From Macrostomum lignano (lineage: Eukaryota), in NCBI GenBank assembly GCA_002269645.1, contig NIVC01000875.1, positions 124,001 to 188,000 of the forward strand: 64,000 nt of DNA, read 5' to 3'. This document shows positions 11,701-21,884 of this stretch, piece after piece; positions within the stretch are counted from its first letter, which is position 1; every line of letters starts with the position of its first letter. The position numbers were made by a program, and so were the translations under genes. The notes beneath the pieces were generated by a model that was not told the origin of the DNA, searched no databases, and saw nothing but the letters and a program-made list of their open reading frames with translations.

Positions 11701-14700
11701 AAATACGGCATGACTGCGCTGGCTTTCGCCACACAGAAGGGAAAGAGCGAACTGGCTGAGCTGCTGCGTGGGTGAGTTTCCATGGCGACTGAGAATGTCT
11801 CTCTGACTTTGATTTATCATTGATAAACATTATGCTGTAATTTATGATTGAATATTGAACAGCTGACTGCAGTTGCGCTGAGTGGGCATTTTTACATTTT
11901 TTTAGTTTAAATGGGCAGCAGACACTGACTGAGCTGCATTGAGGGAGTTTGCAGTGCAGTTTGACTGCAGATTGCCAGTAGAATATTAATGTTCAGCTGC
12001 CTGCGAGATTCACACTTTAAAAGCGCGAGCTATTTCTTTGTGGCAATTGAGTTTAAAATTCACAAAAATATATAAGAAAATATAGGACCTTAACTTAGCA
12101 CCTTAGCTACAGCTACATAGGACCTTAGCTACAGAGTTCAAACAAACTATAGATTAATAAACTTGATAGAATGAATTGCACAGAGCACGGGTTCGCATCT
12201 GAATTCCCCTGACTTCAAATCCCCACTGCCTATTTAGGTACGACGGAAAAAATTACTTTGACGAGCCACTGGCACTGTCGTGAGTTCCTTCAGCACACAC
12301 AGCTACAGCACACAGCTACAGCACACAGCTACAGCGCACACAGCTACAGCACACAGCTACAGCAAACACAGCTACAGCACACAGCTACAGCACACAGCTA
12401 CAGCGCACACAGCTACAGCACACAGCTACAGCAAACACAGCTACAGCACACAGCTACAGCACACAGCTACAGCACACAGCTACAGCAAACACAGCTACAG
12501 TACACACAGCTACAGCACACAGCTACAACTCACAGCTACAGCATGCAAATTATCCCTCATTGCCTCAATTCGCGTTTCCTCAGACCCAAAGGCCCTCCGT
12601 TCCGGGAGCGCTGGGACGCCGTTCGCCGCATTGGCCGTGGAGGCTTCGGCGAAGTCAACGAAGTTCGAACTGACACGGGCGTCACGTGCGCTGCAAAGAC
12701 TGTCAAACTGCCTGTGCAACTCGGTGATGACCAAACCTCTGTGAGCACAGAGATCAACAGAGCTGTTGAGAGCGAGAGAAACCTGTGCCGACTGCGGCAT
12801 CCCAACATCGTCAGGTTCTTGCACGTCGCTCAGCCGGAGCCCGCCACAGTCGTTGTGTTCATGGAGCTGCTGGACGGCCGTAGCTTGGAGAACTTCATCG
12901 ACAACATGCCGCTGAGCGAGCTGACGATTCGAGACTTCAGCGAGCAGGTGAGCATTGTGCATCCTTGATGCTACTGTTCCATGTTCCATGAATGATGGCT
13001 GCTCACTGACCGACCGCTCGCAGATCTGCCGCGCGCTGCTCTACCTGCACAGCCGGCAGCCGCCCGTGATCCACAGAGACATCAACTGCTCAAACATGAT
13101 TGTTTGTGCTGACAACACTCGAATCAAGCTGATCGACTTCGGCCTGTCAATCAAGCTTGAGTCAGTCACCCACGTCTCGGACTCCAAAGCCACCCCCAAA
13201 GGCACTCTGAACTTCTTGGCTCCGGAGCTGCTGGCACCGGAAGAGTCGGACAGCCCGCGGTACAGCAGAGAATCGGACATCTGGGCGTTCGGCTGCTCGG
13301 TCTTCCAGATGGCCTCGGGCAAGCGGCCCTTCGCTGAGCACAAAATGCCGCACACGCTGCCCGAGAAGCTGAGAAGCAGCGGCGCCCCCGCCCTGCCGAC
13401 TTGCTGCTCAGCCGAGCTGCAGGACTTCTACAGCCGCTGCACGGCCAAGGACCGCAAAAGCAGAAAGTCCGCTCTGGAGCTGATGGGGCACGAGTTCCTT
13501 ATCGTCAGGTACAAATGTACAGTAATTCGGCTAGACTTAGGTACCTGTGCGATATGATGCTCACGCAGAGGTGAGGCCAATTTCGCACTTTCCCATCAGT
13601 AGTCACGCGGCTCACTGTGCTCACGCTAAAGATGCGCCGCCTAACTTGAGCAGTGAGCATTGAGAGGTACTATCTTGAAGCTCAGAGAAAAAAGTTGCTC
13701 AATTTGCTTTAAAAGACAGAAGACCCGCGTAGCTAAAAACAGTTTGATTGAGTTTCTGCGCATCTGTGGGGCTGTTATGGCAGCTGAGTTCCATTGAATA
13801 TGAAATACAACCGATTCCTCTCATTGATGTGCCTCCCATGCATCTCCTCATTTTCGCTTGTCTATCCGGAGATGCCATAATTCTGATGAGCAGCTCAACG
13901 CTTTCTGATTTAAGTTTGAATTTCCCAACAGCCCCATTTTCAGGAAGAGCTGGGACTCCGTTCGCTTCGTTGCAAGAGGATGTTTTGGTGACATCCAGGA
14001 AGTTATCACTGACAGAGGCATCAGGTGCGCCGCCAAGACTCTCAGACTGATAGTGCTGCTCGGCAATCAAAAGGATCTAATCGACAGAGCTGTCGAGAGC
14101 GAGAGAAACCTGTGCCGACTGCGGCATCCCAACATCGTCAGGTTCTTGCACATCGCTCAGCCGGAGCCCGCCACAGTCGTTGTGTTCATGGAGCTGCTGG
14201 ACGGCCAAAGCTTGGAGAACTTCATAGACAACAAGCCGCTGGACGAGCTGACGATTCGAGACTTCAGCGAGCAGGTGAGCATTGTGCATCCTTGATGCTC
14301 CTGTTCCATGTTGCCATGAATGATGACTGCTCACTGACCGACCGCTCGCAGATCTGCCGCGCGCTGCTCTACCTGCACAGCCGGCAGCCGCCCGTGATCC
14401 ACAGAGACATCAACTGCTCGAACATAATTGTTTGTGCTGACAACACGCGAATCAAGCTGATCGACTTCGGCCTGTCAATCAAGCTGGAGCAGATAGTCCG
14501 TCGCCACTCATCTTTCCCGGAGACACTGAAAGGCACTTTGAACTTCATGGCGCCAGAGCTGCTCGGAATCGGCACCCCAGACAGTGTGCAGTACAGCAGC
14601 GAGTCGGACGTCTGGGCGTTCGGCTGCTCGGTCCTCCAGATGGCCTCTGGTACGAAACCTTTCACCAATGCCAGAAGCCTGTGTGATCTGTTCCAGCATC

Positions 14701-14858
14701 TTGACAGGAGGGGCGCTCCCGCCCTGCCAGACGGCCGGTCCGCAGAGCTGAGGGATTTCTACAGCCGCTGCACCGCCAAGGACCACAGGGAGAGACACCC
14801 AGCAAAAAAGCTGTTGGAGCACGAGTTCTTGAGGAAAACTTCTGACTCACGATGTTAA
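5746..14858 (+). CDS. Gene A: ankyrin-repeat (about 8 repeats) plus tandem dual MAP3K/STE11-like kinase protein, about 969 aa, 9 coding exons
   Basis: Manual model: 5746-5784 (MAERGPTPFPDER|gtaagt), 5882-6474 (ANK block 1; acceptor could be 5897; CG|gtgagt), 11161-11215, 11290-11771 (ANK block 2; GG|gtgagt), 12238-12279 (micro-exon), 12584-12947 (kinase 1 N-lobe IGRGGFGEV, CAAKT, ESERNL), 13024-13508 (HRDINCSN, DFG, APE; AG|gtac), 13932-14274, 14352-14858. All junctions are GT-AG with matching phases. Total 2910 nt with no internal stop. Confidence 0.75.
8286..8789 (-). mobile_element. tRNA-derived SINE, complete, with 14-bp TSD
   Basis: The minus-strand head GGGGGCCGTAGCCCAGCGGTAGCGC...GGCTCGATTCC has A-box and B-box motifs, but the acceptor stem does not pair. 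An A8 tail lies at 8286-8293. The direct repeat TGACTAAGTGACTA lies at 8272-8285 and 8790-8803. Confidence 0.8.
9075..10170 (+). mobile_element. Non-autonomous P-superfamily (P/Galileo-like) element with decayed THAP domain, 7-bp TSD
   Basis: Perfect 14-bp TIR CAGGGAAGCCTCTA at 9075-9088 and 10157-10170. TSD GTTCTGC at 9068-9074 and 10171-10177. The internal relic KKWISAMQRKW..*..YRICSLHFSES* ... RRLNSDAEPSIF has THAP motifs with stops. Confidence 0.7.
10520..10930 (+). mobile_element. Degenerate Ty3/Gypsy RT-connection/RNase H fragment (intron 2 of gene A)
   Basis: Hand translation: SFFGLVNQVGTF..LRPLLSEKNMF*W..LAYYDQRKLTALHTDASRLKGIGFLLKQ..QAGSRFISDTEFRYA..LELLAVV*. It contains stops and a frameshift. 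Confidence 0.75.
12290..12542 (+). repeat. CACAGCTACAG(CA) 13/15-bp minisatellite in the intron before the effector module of gene A
   Basis: Direct reading. The same satellite occurs at 28372-28935 and 46482-48790 in reverse complement. Confidence 0.95.
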
Positions 14859-15468
14859 GCCAAGATGCTTCTAAAACTGATTGCAAAGATTTTGATGTTT
14901 TATAAACATTACGTGTAAATTTAAAACGAACAACAATTTGTTTTTTTACACAACTTACTAGTTTTTATAAATTCATCCCTTGGCTGCTGCGTTTTTTTTA
15001 TTTTCTAGAACTTTTGACAAGCGTCGGTCTTTGCAGTGCTGAAACTTCATAGCAGCATATGTACTTGTACATCTGTGCTTTTTACTTTAGAATGAAAGCG
15101 ACAAAAAATTTTTATTTATTAACTAGCTAACTGAATTCAATTTGCAAGTTGCGTTTTCTAAATAGTCCCATGCAGGATGTGACTGGCATTAGGACGATCG
15201 CACTGTAATATCTTTAAAACCTTGTAATCAAATGCTGAGGATTTTCTTTTCAGACTGAAATTCCTTACAGTTGTGTTTTGAATTCGCAAATTTCTTAGAA
15301 CATTAAATTTCGTTGATTCAACTCTACTTACGTATTTAACTCAATTATTTATCTAAACCGCTGATGTTAAAAACAAAAATTACTACACTTTTCCATTCCT
15401 TGTCTCGAGTTCTCCCGATTTTCACATTACAATATTTATTAGTTCTATGAACTTTCTGCATCCACAGG

Positions 15469-15615
15469 CTGTGACTGCTTCAATTCCCCTGTGACTGCTT
15501 CAATTCCCCTGCGACTGCTTCAATTCCCCTGTGACTGCTTCAATTCCCCTGTGACTGCTTCAATTCCCATGTGACTGCTTCAATTCCCATGTGACTGCTT
15601 CAATTCCCCTGTGAC
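15469..15615 (+). repeat. 21-bp tandem repeat (CTGTGACTGCTTCAATTCCCC) x~7
   Basis: Direct reading. Confidence 0.9.
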
Positions 15616-16777
15616 CAGCTTGTTTATCTGCACCGCAGGCGTTACCGCCTCTGTTTTCTCTGCCCCACCTCTTTTACTCTCTGCCCTCCCTCAAGCTGCT
15701 CAAAAGCCAATCTGTACTCAAGTTCTGCTATTTGCCATTGTAGGGCGTAGGCCGCGCGCTGCACTCTCTGCTTCACATTATTATTAATGACTCATTCTCT
15801 CGCTTAAACTTGTTTACCAGTACTCGACCAATCGCGCATCGCTTCACCCCTCCCACGATATTGACTTATAAATATATTGAGTAAACAAAGCCATACAGAG
15901 GCCACCTTTTTCGGCACGCAAACCTAGACTTTACATTGGCATCGCAAGCAGTCAGAATGTCTGACTCTCAGCACTAAGTGGCTGCCGTGTTTGTTTAACT
16001 CAACTGCTGAAAAAAGTTTAATGAAATTGAGATGAGTGGGAGAGTGAGATGCTAAAATAGCAGATGCAGAGAGAGTAGAGGCAGCCGCTGCAGGGAGTGG
16101 AGGGTGGCTCAATAAGAGAGATATAGAAAGCAGCTTAATTAGTAGGCGAGCAGCAAACTCCTTGTTGTCAAGTTGCTGTCTATAAACTCGCACTGACTCA
16201 GAGCTGCTGCTGCGGAGCGGGGCTGCGGCAGGGGGTCCGAGAGAGGGCAGGCAGGTGCGGATGGGGCTGGGCTGCCAGCAATTGCACAGGTGTGCAGCCT
16301 GCCAGCTGTGCTGCTTCGTCAGGTAAGAAAAGCTTCGAAGAGAATGCAGTGAACGGTGCTTTGATGAGTTACTGAGCGGCCTTTCCAAGCCAAAGGCAGT
16401 CCAAAGCGGTGCACCCCGGTGATCTGACAAGAATTTCTTCTCTTCAGCAGAGCAGAAGGCGGTCATTACAGAGGCCCAATGAGCTGCTCAGAGCCTTTGC
16501 ACTGAGGAGGCTGGCAGCTCTACATGATGCAGAATGAAGTGGCAATGAGCTTGCTGCAGTCTCCAACAGCAGGCAGTAGAATTTCTAATTAGCCAAAGTT
16601 TCTCAGTGTTGAGAGGTGCGCTTTAAAAAAAACAAAAAGGCAGAATAGGCTCGACGTTCTGAGTTTCAATCCCAGCCCCGGCCCCAGTCTCAGTCCCAGT
16701 CTCAGCCCCAGTCCCAGCATCAGCTTCAGTCCCAAGTTCCTGTCCCAAGCCACAGTTCCAGTCCCAGTCCCAGCCTC

Positions 16778-17740
16778 ACTGACGGATCCCTGTGCGATGG
16801 CCTGGCTGGAGCCGGCTTAGCTGTTTTCCACAACGGTGAGGCGCTCCTTAAAGAGAGCCTTTATTCGAGTTGGTATGTATATATCTCGATTTTCAATTCA
16901 TAAAGCATCAACTAATGTACTAAGCAACTGCATGAACTTTGACATAGTTTCTACTCTGACCACCAGGCCGCTATTAAGGCCTTGTCTTTCATCGAGCAAT
17001 CGGCCAAGTCAGAATTTCAGCTTGTTTCAAAAGCTTGCAAAAGCTAGCGGCGATTCTCAATTGGATCAACGTGATCTGGACACCAGGCCACAGCGATATC
17101 CTTGGTAACGAGATGGTGGATTCACTGGTCAAGCGAGGCAGCACCCTGGGTGGAGCGCAGCACTCGGTCGAGCTGCCTGCCCCGAAGTCATCCGTCAACC
17201 GCGCAATTCGCAAATGGTTCGGCAGCCACCAACACCAGCTGCACTGGAGAGGCTGCACCGAATATGAGCAATGTGCGCTGCGATGCCTCCAATCAACCGG
17301 AAAGTATCTGAATGCCTCATCTCCTTGAGTAAAACTGATCTCAGTGTGTATTATCATTACTGACAATGGCTTCTTCCAAAGACACTTTGAACACAAAGTA
17401 GCTGCTCCCTAATCGCTTTTTGCTACTTGGAGTAGGAAACTGCGGCGCACCATGTCACCTTCTGCTCGCACTTGAACTTATCGCGGAGACACCAGCTTAG
17501 CTACCGTACCCGCTAAGGTTGGATGAGCTGACCACCCGGGACCTTCGCGCATTCGTCCAGGACACCGGCCAGATGATCATCACAGACGGCTCTCTCGCGA
17601 GCCCTTCTACCGCTGAGGAGGGGTGGGCGCTGCCCCAAGCCTGACGCTCTCCGTTTTTTAGCTTTGGGTTGCGATAGGAGCCTAGAGGCCTAATCGCGGC
17701 GTTCCGCCCCCATCTGTAGTAAGCGAGTATGTGGGTCATC
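16778..17740 (+). mobile_element. Degenerate 3' fragment of an RNase H-containing non-LTR retrotransposon (I/R1/Loa-like group)
   Basis: TDGSLCDGLAGAGLAVF...SDHQAAIKAL...INVIWTPGHSDILGNEMVDSLVKRGS is a LINE-type RNase H. It is followed by a decayed CCHC-like region (ETAAH..C). Frameshifts and stops are present. Confidence 0.7.
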
Positions 17741-19786
17741 TTTACAGGTTAATTCGTGCTCTGCAAGCTTTTCTCAGGTCCACTGTTATATTTTAGACTA
17801 TCGGCAGATCGCTGCAGCTTCATAATGATTTGTTTTTTTAAGGAGTCTTGAAACATCTTTAATCTGAACACAGTGAGCATTAGGCTCTTCAACAAGCAGA
17901 AGATCGACATCCAAGTGTCTTTTTCATCTCGGGGTCTGCTGTGTTTTTATTGCACACCTCACTGCTTGTACCTTTCTCATTTTCTTCACACCCACTCAGA
18001 CTCCAAACTTTGTTACTGGAAATTTCTTTTGCTATGGAATGTGAGAGTTTTCCAAGCCGCCTTTGTCAAAGTTGATTCCTTTGTTAAAGCATTCTATGAA
18101 AGCGGTTGAAATACATTTGATAATGTGTGTATTTAGGGCTTGTGGTATTAATTTCATGATAAGCCGCAAACAGAGCAGCCCGTAGTGCGCAACAAATGCA
18201 ACGATTTTCACCATTTATACAGGATCATTTGCCTGAAGAGTGCGTGGCGAGGTGCGGCAGAATCAAAAGGTCTCTGTGGTGGGACAGTATAATTTCTCTA
18301 TGCTGAGAGTCACTTTTACTGCACTGTCGAACTGCAATGAGATTGCAAAGATAAGAGAGCAAACTAAAAAACATGTAGCATGTTTGTCTGGCAAAGCGAG
18401 TGCTAGAAACTTGTAGAAATTTGTATCGGGCTTGACGATTTTATACCTAATCAATTTTAAGACAATGAACTTCAATCAAATGAGATGAGACAGCAAAACT
18501 CCGAGATCAGTGATCTCGCTATCAATTATGAGCACCAAAGGAAGCTGCAGAACTGGCTGCATCAACATGACAAGTCATCAGCCTCTCTATCGTACCCTGA
18601 TTTCCACTCTAACAGATTTTAGTTGTTTTAATGTATCTTCCTTGAATAAAACATTATGTAATAGTATAATTTTTAGTAATACGAGCTATGGAATCAGTAT
18701 TCTGTGATAAAGTAGTAGAGTAGTAAAGTGATAGATTGAAGACGCTGGTGCAACTACGGGGACTACTAAATACTCAGAATAGAGCAGTTCTTAAAGAAAT
18801 TAACAGTCCCTGTGCCACTAATACACTGAGGCTCACGTTGCTACTTGTTGTGACGTGACTTCTGACTTCTTATAGACTTCGGCCTAGTTTGCTTTCTGCT
18901 TCTAAAGTGTCTAGGGTTGAAACTTTAGATACTCGGTACAGTATTAAATGCTTGAGACGGCTCGCGAGCTAAAGAATTATATTAAGTTTCTGAAACGGCT
19001 ATGCTCTCGAGTGGCATAAGCTCGCAAACGCTCAAACACTATCTTCCGTCTTTCTTCGGTGCAAAGGAAGACATAACACTACTGATATACCTAAGCGGGT
19101 GCCAGCGCAGATAAGGAAATGATAAGTGAATGGGCCAGCGCAAGCTATGTAGTATTTGACAAATTGAAGTGTTTTATAAATGTGCTTGCTTGAAGAACTG
19201 AAAAAGTAATTACCGGGTGAATGATTCAGAAGTTCCACGCAGGCTCGCACAGAGTCCTAAAGATGCTGCGACTATCGTCTGAGAAGACAGTGTCTGAGAG
19301 ATGCACTGCTCGTGTCTGATTGGCTGAATACAAGCCAGGTATCTCGGTCTCGAATTCTCCTTTATACGGAACGTAAAAAGGACACTGCTGGGACCCGATC
19401 GCATTGACCATGTAGGGACACAGAGGACTTCCGTGTTTTTTCTGAGAGTCTAAGCGAGTGTCTGTACACGGGAGAATGTACTATTATCGAACTGTACTTC
19501 AAATTATCGAATTCTTAGAGAGGACATGACATGTACTTTTACATAGCGCTGAACGGGGTTATACCATAGACTGTTTTCTCCGAAAAATGGCCACTGAATT
19601 TCTAATAAAATCGGCAGCAGCGCTCTTCTGCTTCAGCTGTGCAAGACGCTTTCAACTCGTCGAAGCATCCACCAGATGCCACCGCCCACGTAGTCTGCCC
19701 GAGACAGACCTCTGCCATCATTGCTTCTCTTCAGCTAACTGTGGAACTTCTGCTACTCTTAATTCTGACTGCGCTGGTGCCCTATT

Positions 19787-20200
19787 TTGTGTCCGGTTCT
19801 ATTCACTTGTTTGTGTCCGGTTCTATTCACTTGTTTGTGTCCGGTTCTATTCACTTGTTTGTGTCCGGTTCTATTCACTTGTTTGTGTCCGGTTCTATTC
19901 ACTTGTTTGTGTCCGGTTCTATTCACTTGTTTGTGTCCGGTTCTATTCACTTGTTTGTGTCCGGTTCTATTCACTTGTTTGTGTCCGGTTCTATTCACTT
20001 GTTTGTGTCCGGTTCTATTCACTTGTTTGTGTCCGGTTCTATTCACTGGTTTGTGTCCGGTTCTATTCACTTGTTTGTGTCCGGTTCTATTCACTTGTTT
20101 GTGTCCGGTTCTATTCACTGGTTTGTGTCCGGTTCTATTCACTGGTCTGTGTCCCGTTCTATTCACTGGCTTGTGTCCGGTTCTATTCACTGGTTTGTGT
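19787..20200 (+). repeat. 24-bp minisatellite (TTGTTTGTGTCCGGTTCTATTCAC) x~17
   Basis: Direct reading. Units are head-to-tail without spacers. Confidence 0.95.
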
Positions 20201-20219
20201 CGATTTCAAGAATTTTCAT

Positions 20220-20412
20220 CCATCTCAGAATCTCTCAACATCTCAGAATCTCTTAGCATCTCAGAATCTCTCAGCATCTCAGAATCTCTCAGCATCTCAG
20301 AATCTCTCAGCATTTCACAATCTCTCAGCATCTCAGAATCTCTCAGCATCTCAGAGTCTCTCAGCATCTCAGAGTTTCTCAGCATCTCAGAATCTCTCAG
20401 CAACTCAGAATC
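20220..20412 (+). repeat. 18-bp minisatellite (TCTCAGCATCTCAGAATC)
   Basis: Direct reading. An expanded paralogue lies at 57540-58190. Confidence 0.9.
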
Positions 20413-21884
20413 TTAACGATAAGAGTTTTGCACTCATTTAAAGCAAAATACGAGCAAAATTAATTTCTCAGATCCATTTTTCGGCTTCAAATTCAAACAA
20501 AAATAAGCACCGTTAGCTTTAATGAGTCCTGACAGTAGTATAAAATGGAACCAATGGAATCATGATCACATTCAAGGCGCAAAAGCAGCAAAGGTTGGCT
20601 GAACAGCACTATGGCGCGATTCTTGAACTTTCAGAACTTGCAGTTAAAAAGCCTCACTGTGAGCTCCGCAACCAACTGACAATGTTTATCTTATCACAGT
20701 TGCTTTCGGCCTTGACGTCAGTGTCAGCTGACTCTTGGGCTGAACGCTGCTCTTCTCAAGGATCTCCGCGACTCTCTTATCGGGAAGACCTTTGGTCTGA
20801 GCTCCGGTGCAACTCAGTGGCTCCAATTCTTTCTACAGTGTTTGCCTTGAGGTGCGGCCTGTGGCACTTTTTCCATTTTCGGTCTGGCCTCGCTGCGAAT
20901 CTGAAGCTCTTGTTTGGTCATCGTCTTCGTGAGACACCTCACTGGCACCCCAGTGTCCAGTTCGACCTCCGCCTGCCTCGGTCAGGTGACTCCGACACGT
21001 GACATGCTCAGCCAGGCCTTTGAACCAAATACGAGCGTACATTTTAGGGAGCCCAGGCTAAGCCTTGATCCTACGCCCGACCTGCTCATGGATCTGATAC
21101 TCCCAGACAGCCTCCCAGCCTCTTCAAGTCATGGATCTGACATCCCCAGATAAACTATATAAGCAATGAAAACCAAGCACTGTTGGCTCATGTACAGAAA
21201 TTCTCAGACATTTTAACAGCTAAAGACGTCTTTTCTGATTAAAGCAAAACTCGAACATCACGTGCTTCAGCTTGGAGCAGTCACGAATTATCTAAGAATT
21301 CATACTTTAAGACTGCTTCACCTTGCATTGGGCACACAGAGCCGCAGGCGGGCACCTTTAGCGCCAAGTCGCACTGCAGGCACTGCGGCACTGATAAGGG
21401 GTGCCGAGTCCCCAGAGCAGAAACTGCCTCGAGTCTGGCTTATCTGCTTTATGAGACTTTTGCTGCACTGGGAGAGCAAAAACTGGCATGAGGCGGAGAG
21501 TCTTTCGATAAGATTTGAATAAATGTTTGCTTTTACAAGCAAAACACATTGGGAGGATCTTGAGAAGGCAGCATTGCTTATTCTTGGCATTTATTGCAAT
21601 TGTGCAATAGTATGAAGTGAAATATTTGTGCTGCAATGCATCCGAATGCAACTGTAAGGGCTTTGCTTTCAGTCAATGCGAGCGCAAAGCTGAGGACACG
21701 AACCCTGCCTCCGATGTACAAGTAATTTTTAAATTTAATGTTCTCCGGGGAAAGCCATGCAAACCTTGTGTAACCAATAAGATGCTTCACAGCGTGATTC
21801 CAGCTTTCTGCTTCATCAGAACCCAGCTCAGCTTCCCCATTCCCCATCAGACCTCAGCTCAGCTTCTCTATTCTCTGGCTGGGA

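Larger units (their letters stand above)
17865..21730 (+). repeat. Segmental duplication block, copy 1 (paralogue at ~55420-59240, same orientation)
   Basis: Collinear matching stretches, e.g. GCAGAAGATCGACAT, CACACCCACTCAGACTCCAAACTTTGTTACTG, GGTTGGCTGAACAGCACTATG and GAGGACACGAACCCTGCCTC. Confidence 0.85.

Noticed and set aside
13748-14050. Apparent frameshift or missing start codon in front of kinase 2 (also genes B and D)
   Set aside because: The disrupted part is intronic. A strong phase-2 acceptor (CC(C/T)AACAG) is conserved directly before the kinase N-lobe in all copies.
11161-14858. Reading the ANK and kinase ORFs as separate small genes in an operon-like array
   Set aside because: Each ORF end coincides with a consensus donor, and phases match across every junction in four paralogues. 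Only transcript data could revive this reading.
17870-18700. Faint Mab-21/cGAS-like words (VSFSS, LLLKT..W) in the duplicated block and its paralogue at 55440-56100
   Set aside because: It needs several assumed frameshifts, the motif spacing does not fit and both copies have stops. It is not supportable without an HMM search.
19787-20200. 24-bp repeats (also 39797-40575 and the 40-, 55- and 78-bp arrays) as possible CRISPR arrays
   Set aside because: Units are head-to-tail with no unique spacers, there are no cas genes, and the context is eukaryotic.
20562-21002. 146-aa ORF partly conserved at 58546-59035
   Set aside because: The paralogue is broken into different frames and no domain is recognisable, so it was treated as part of the duplicated block.
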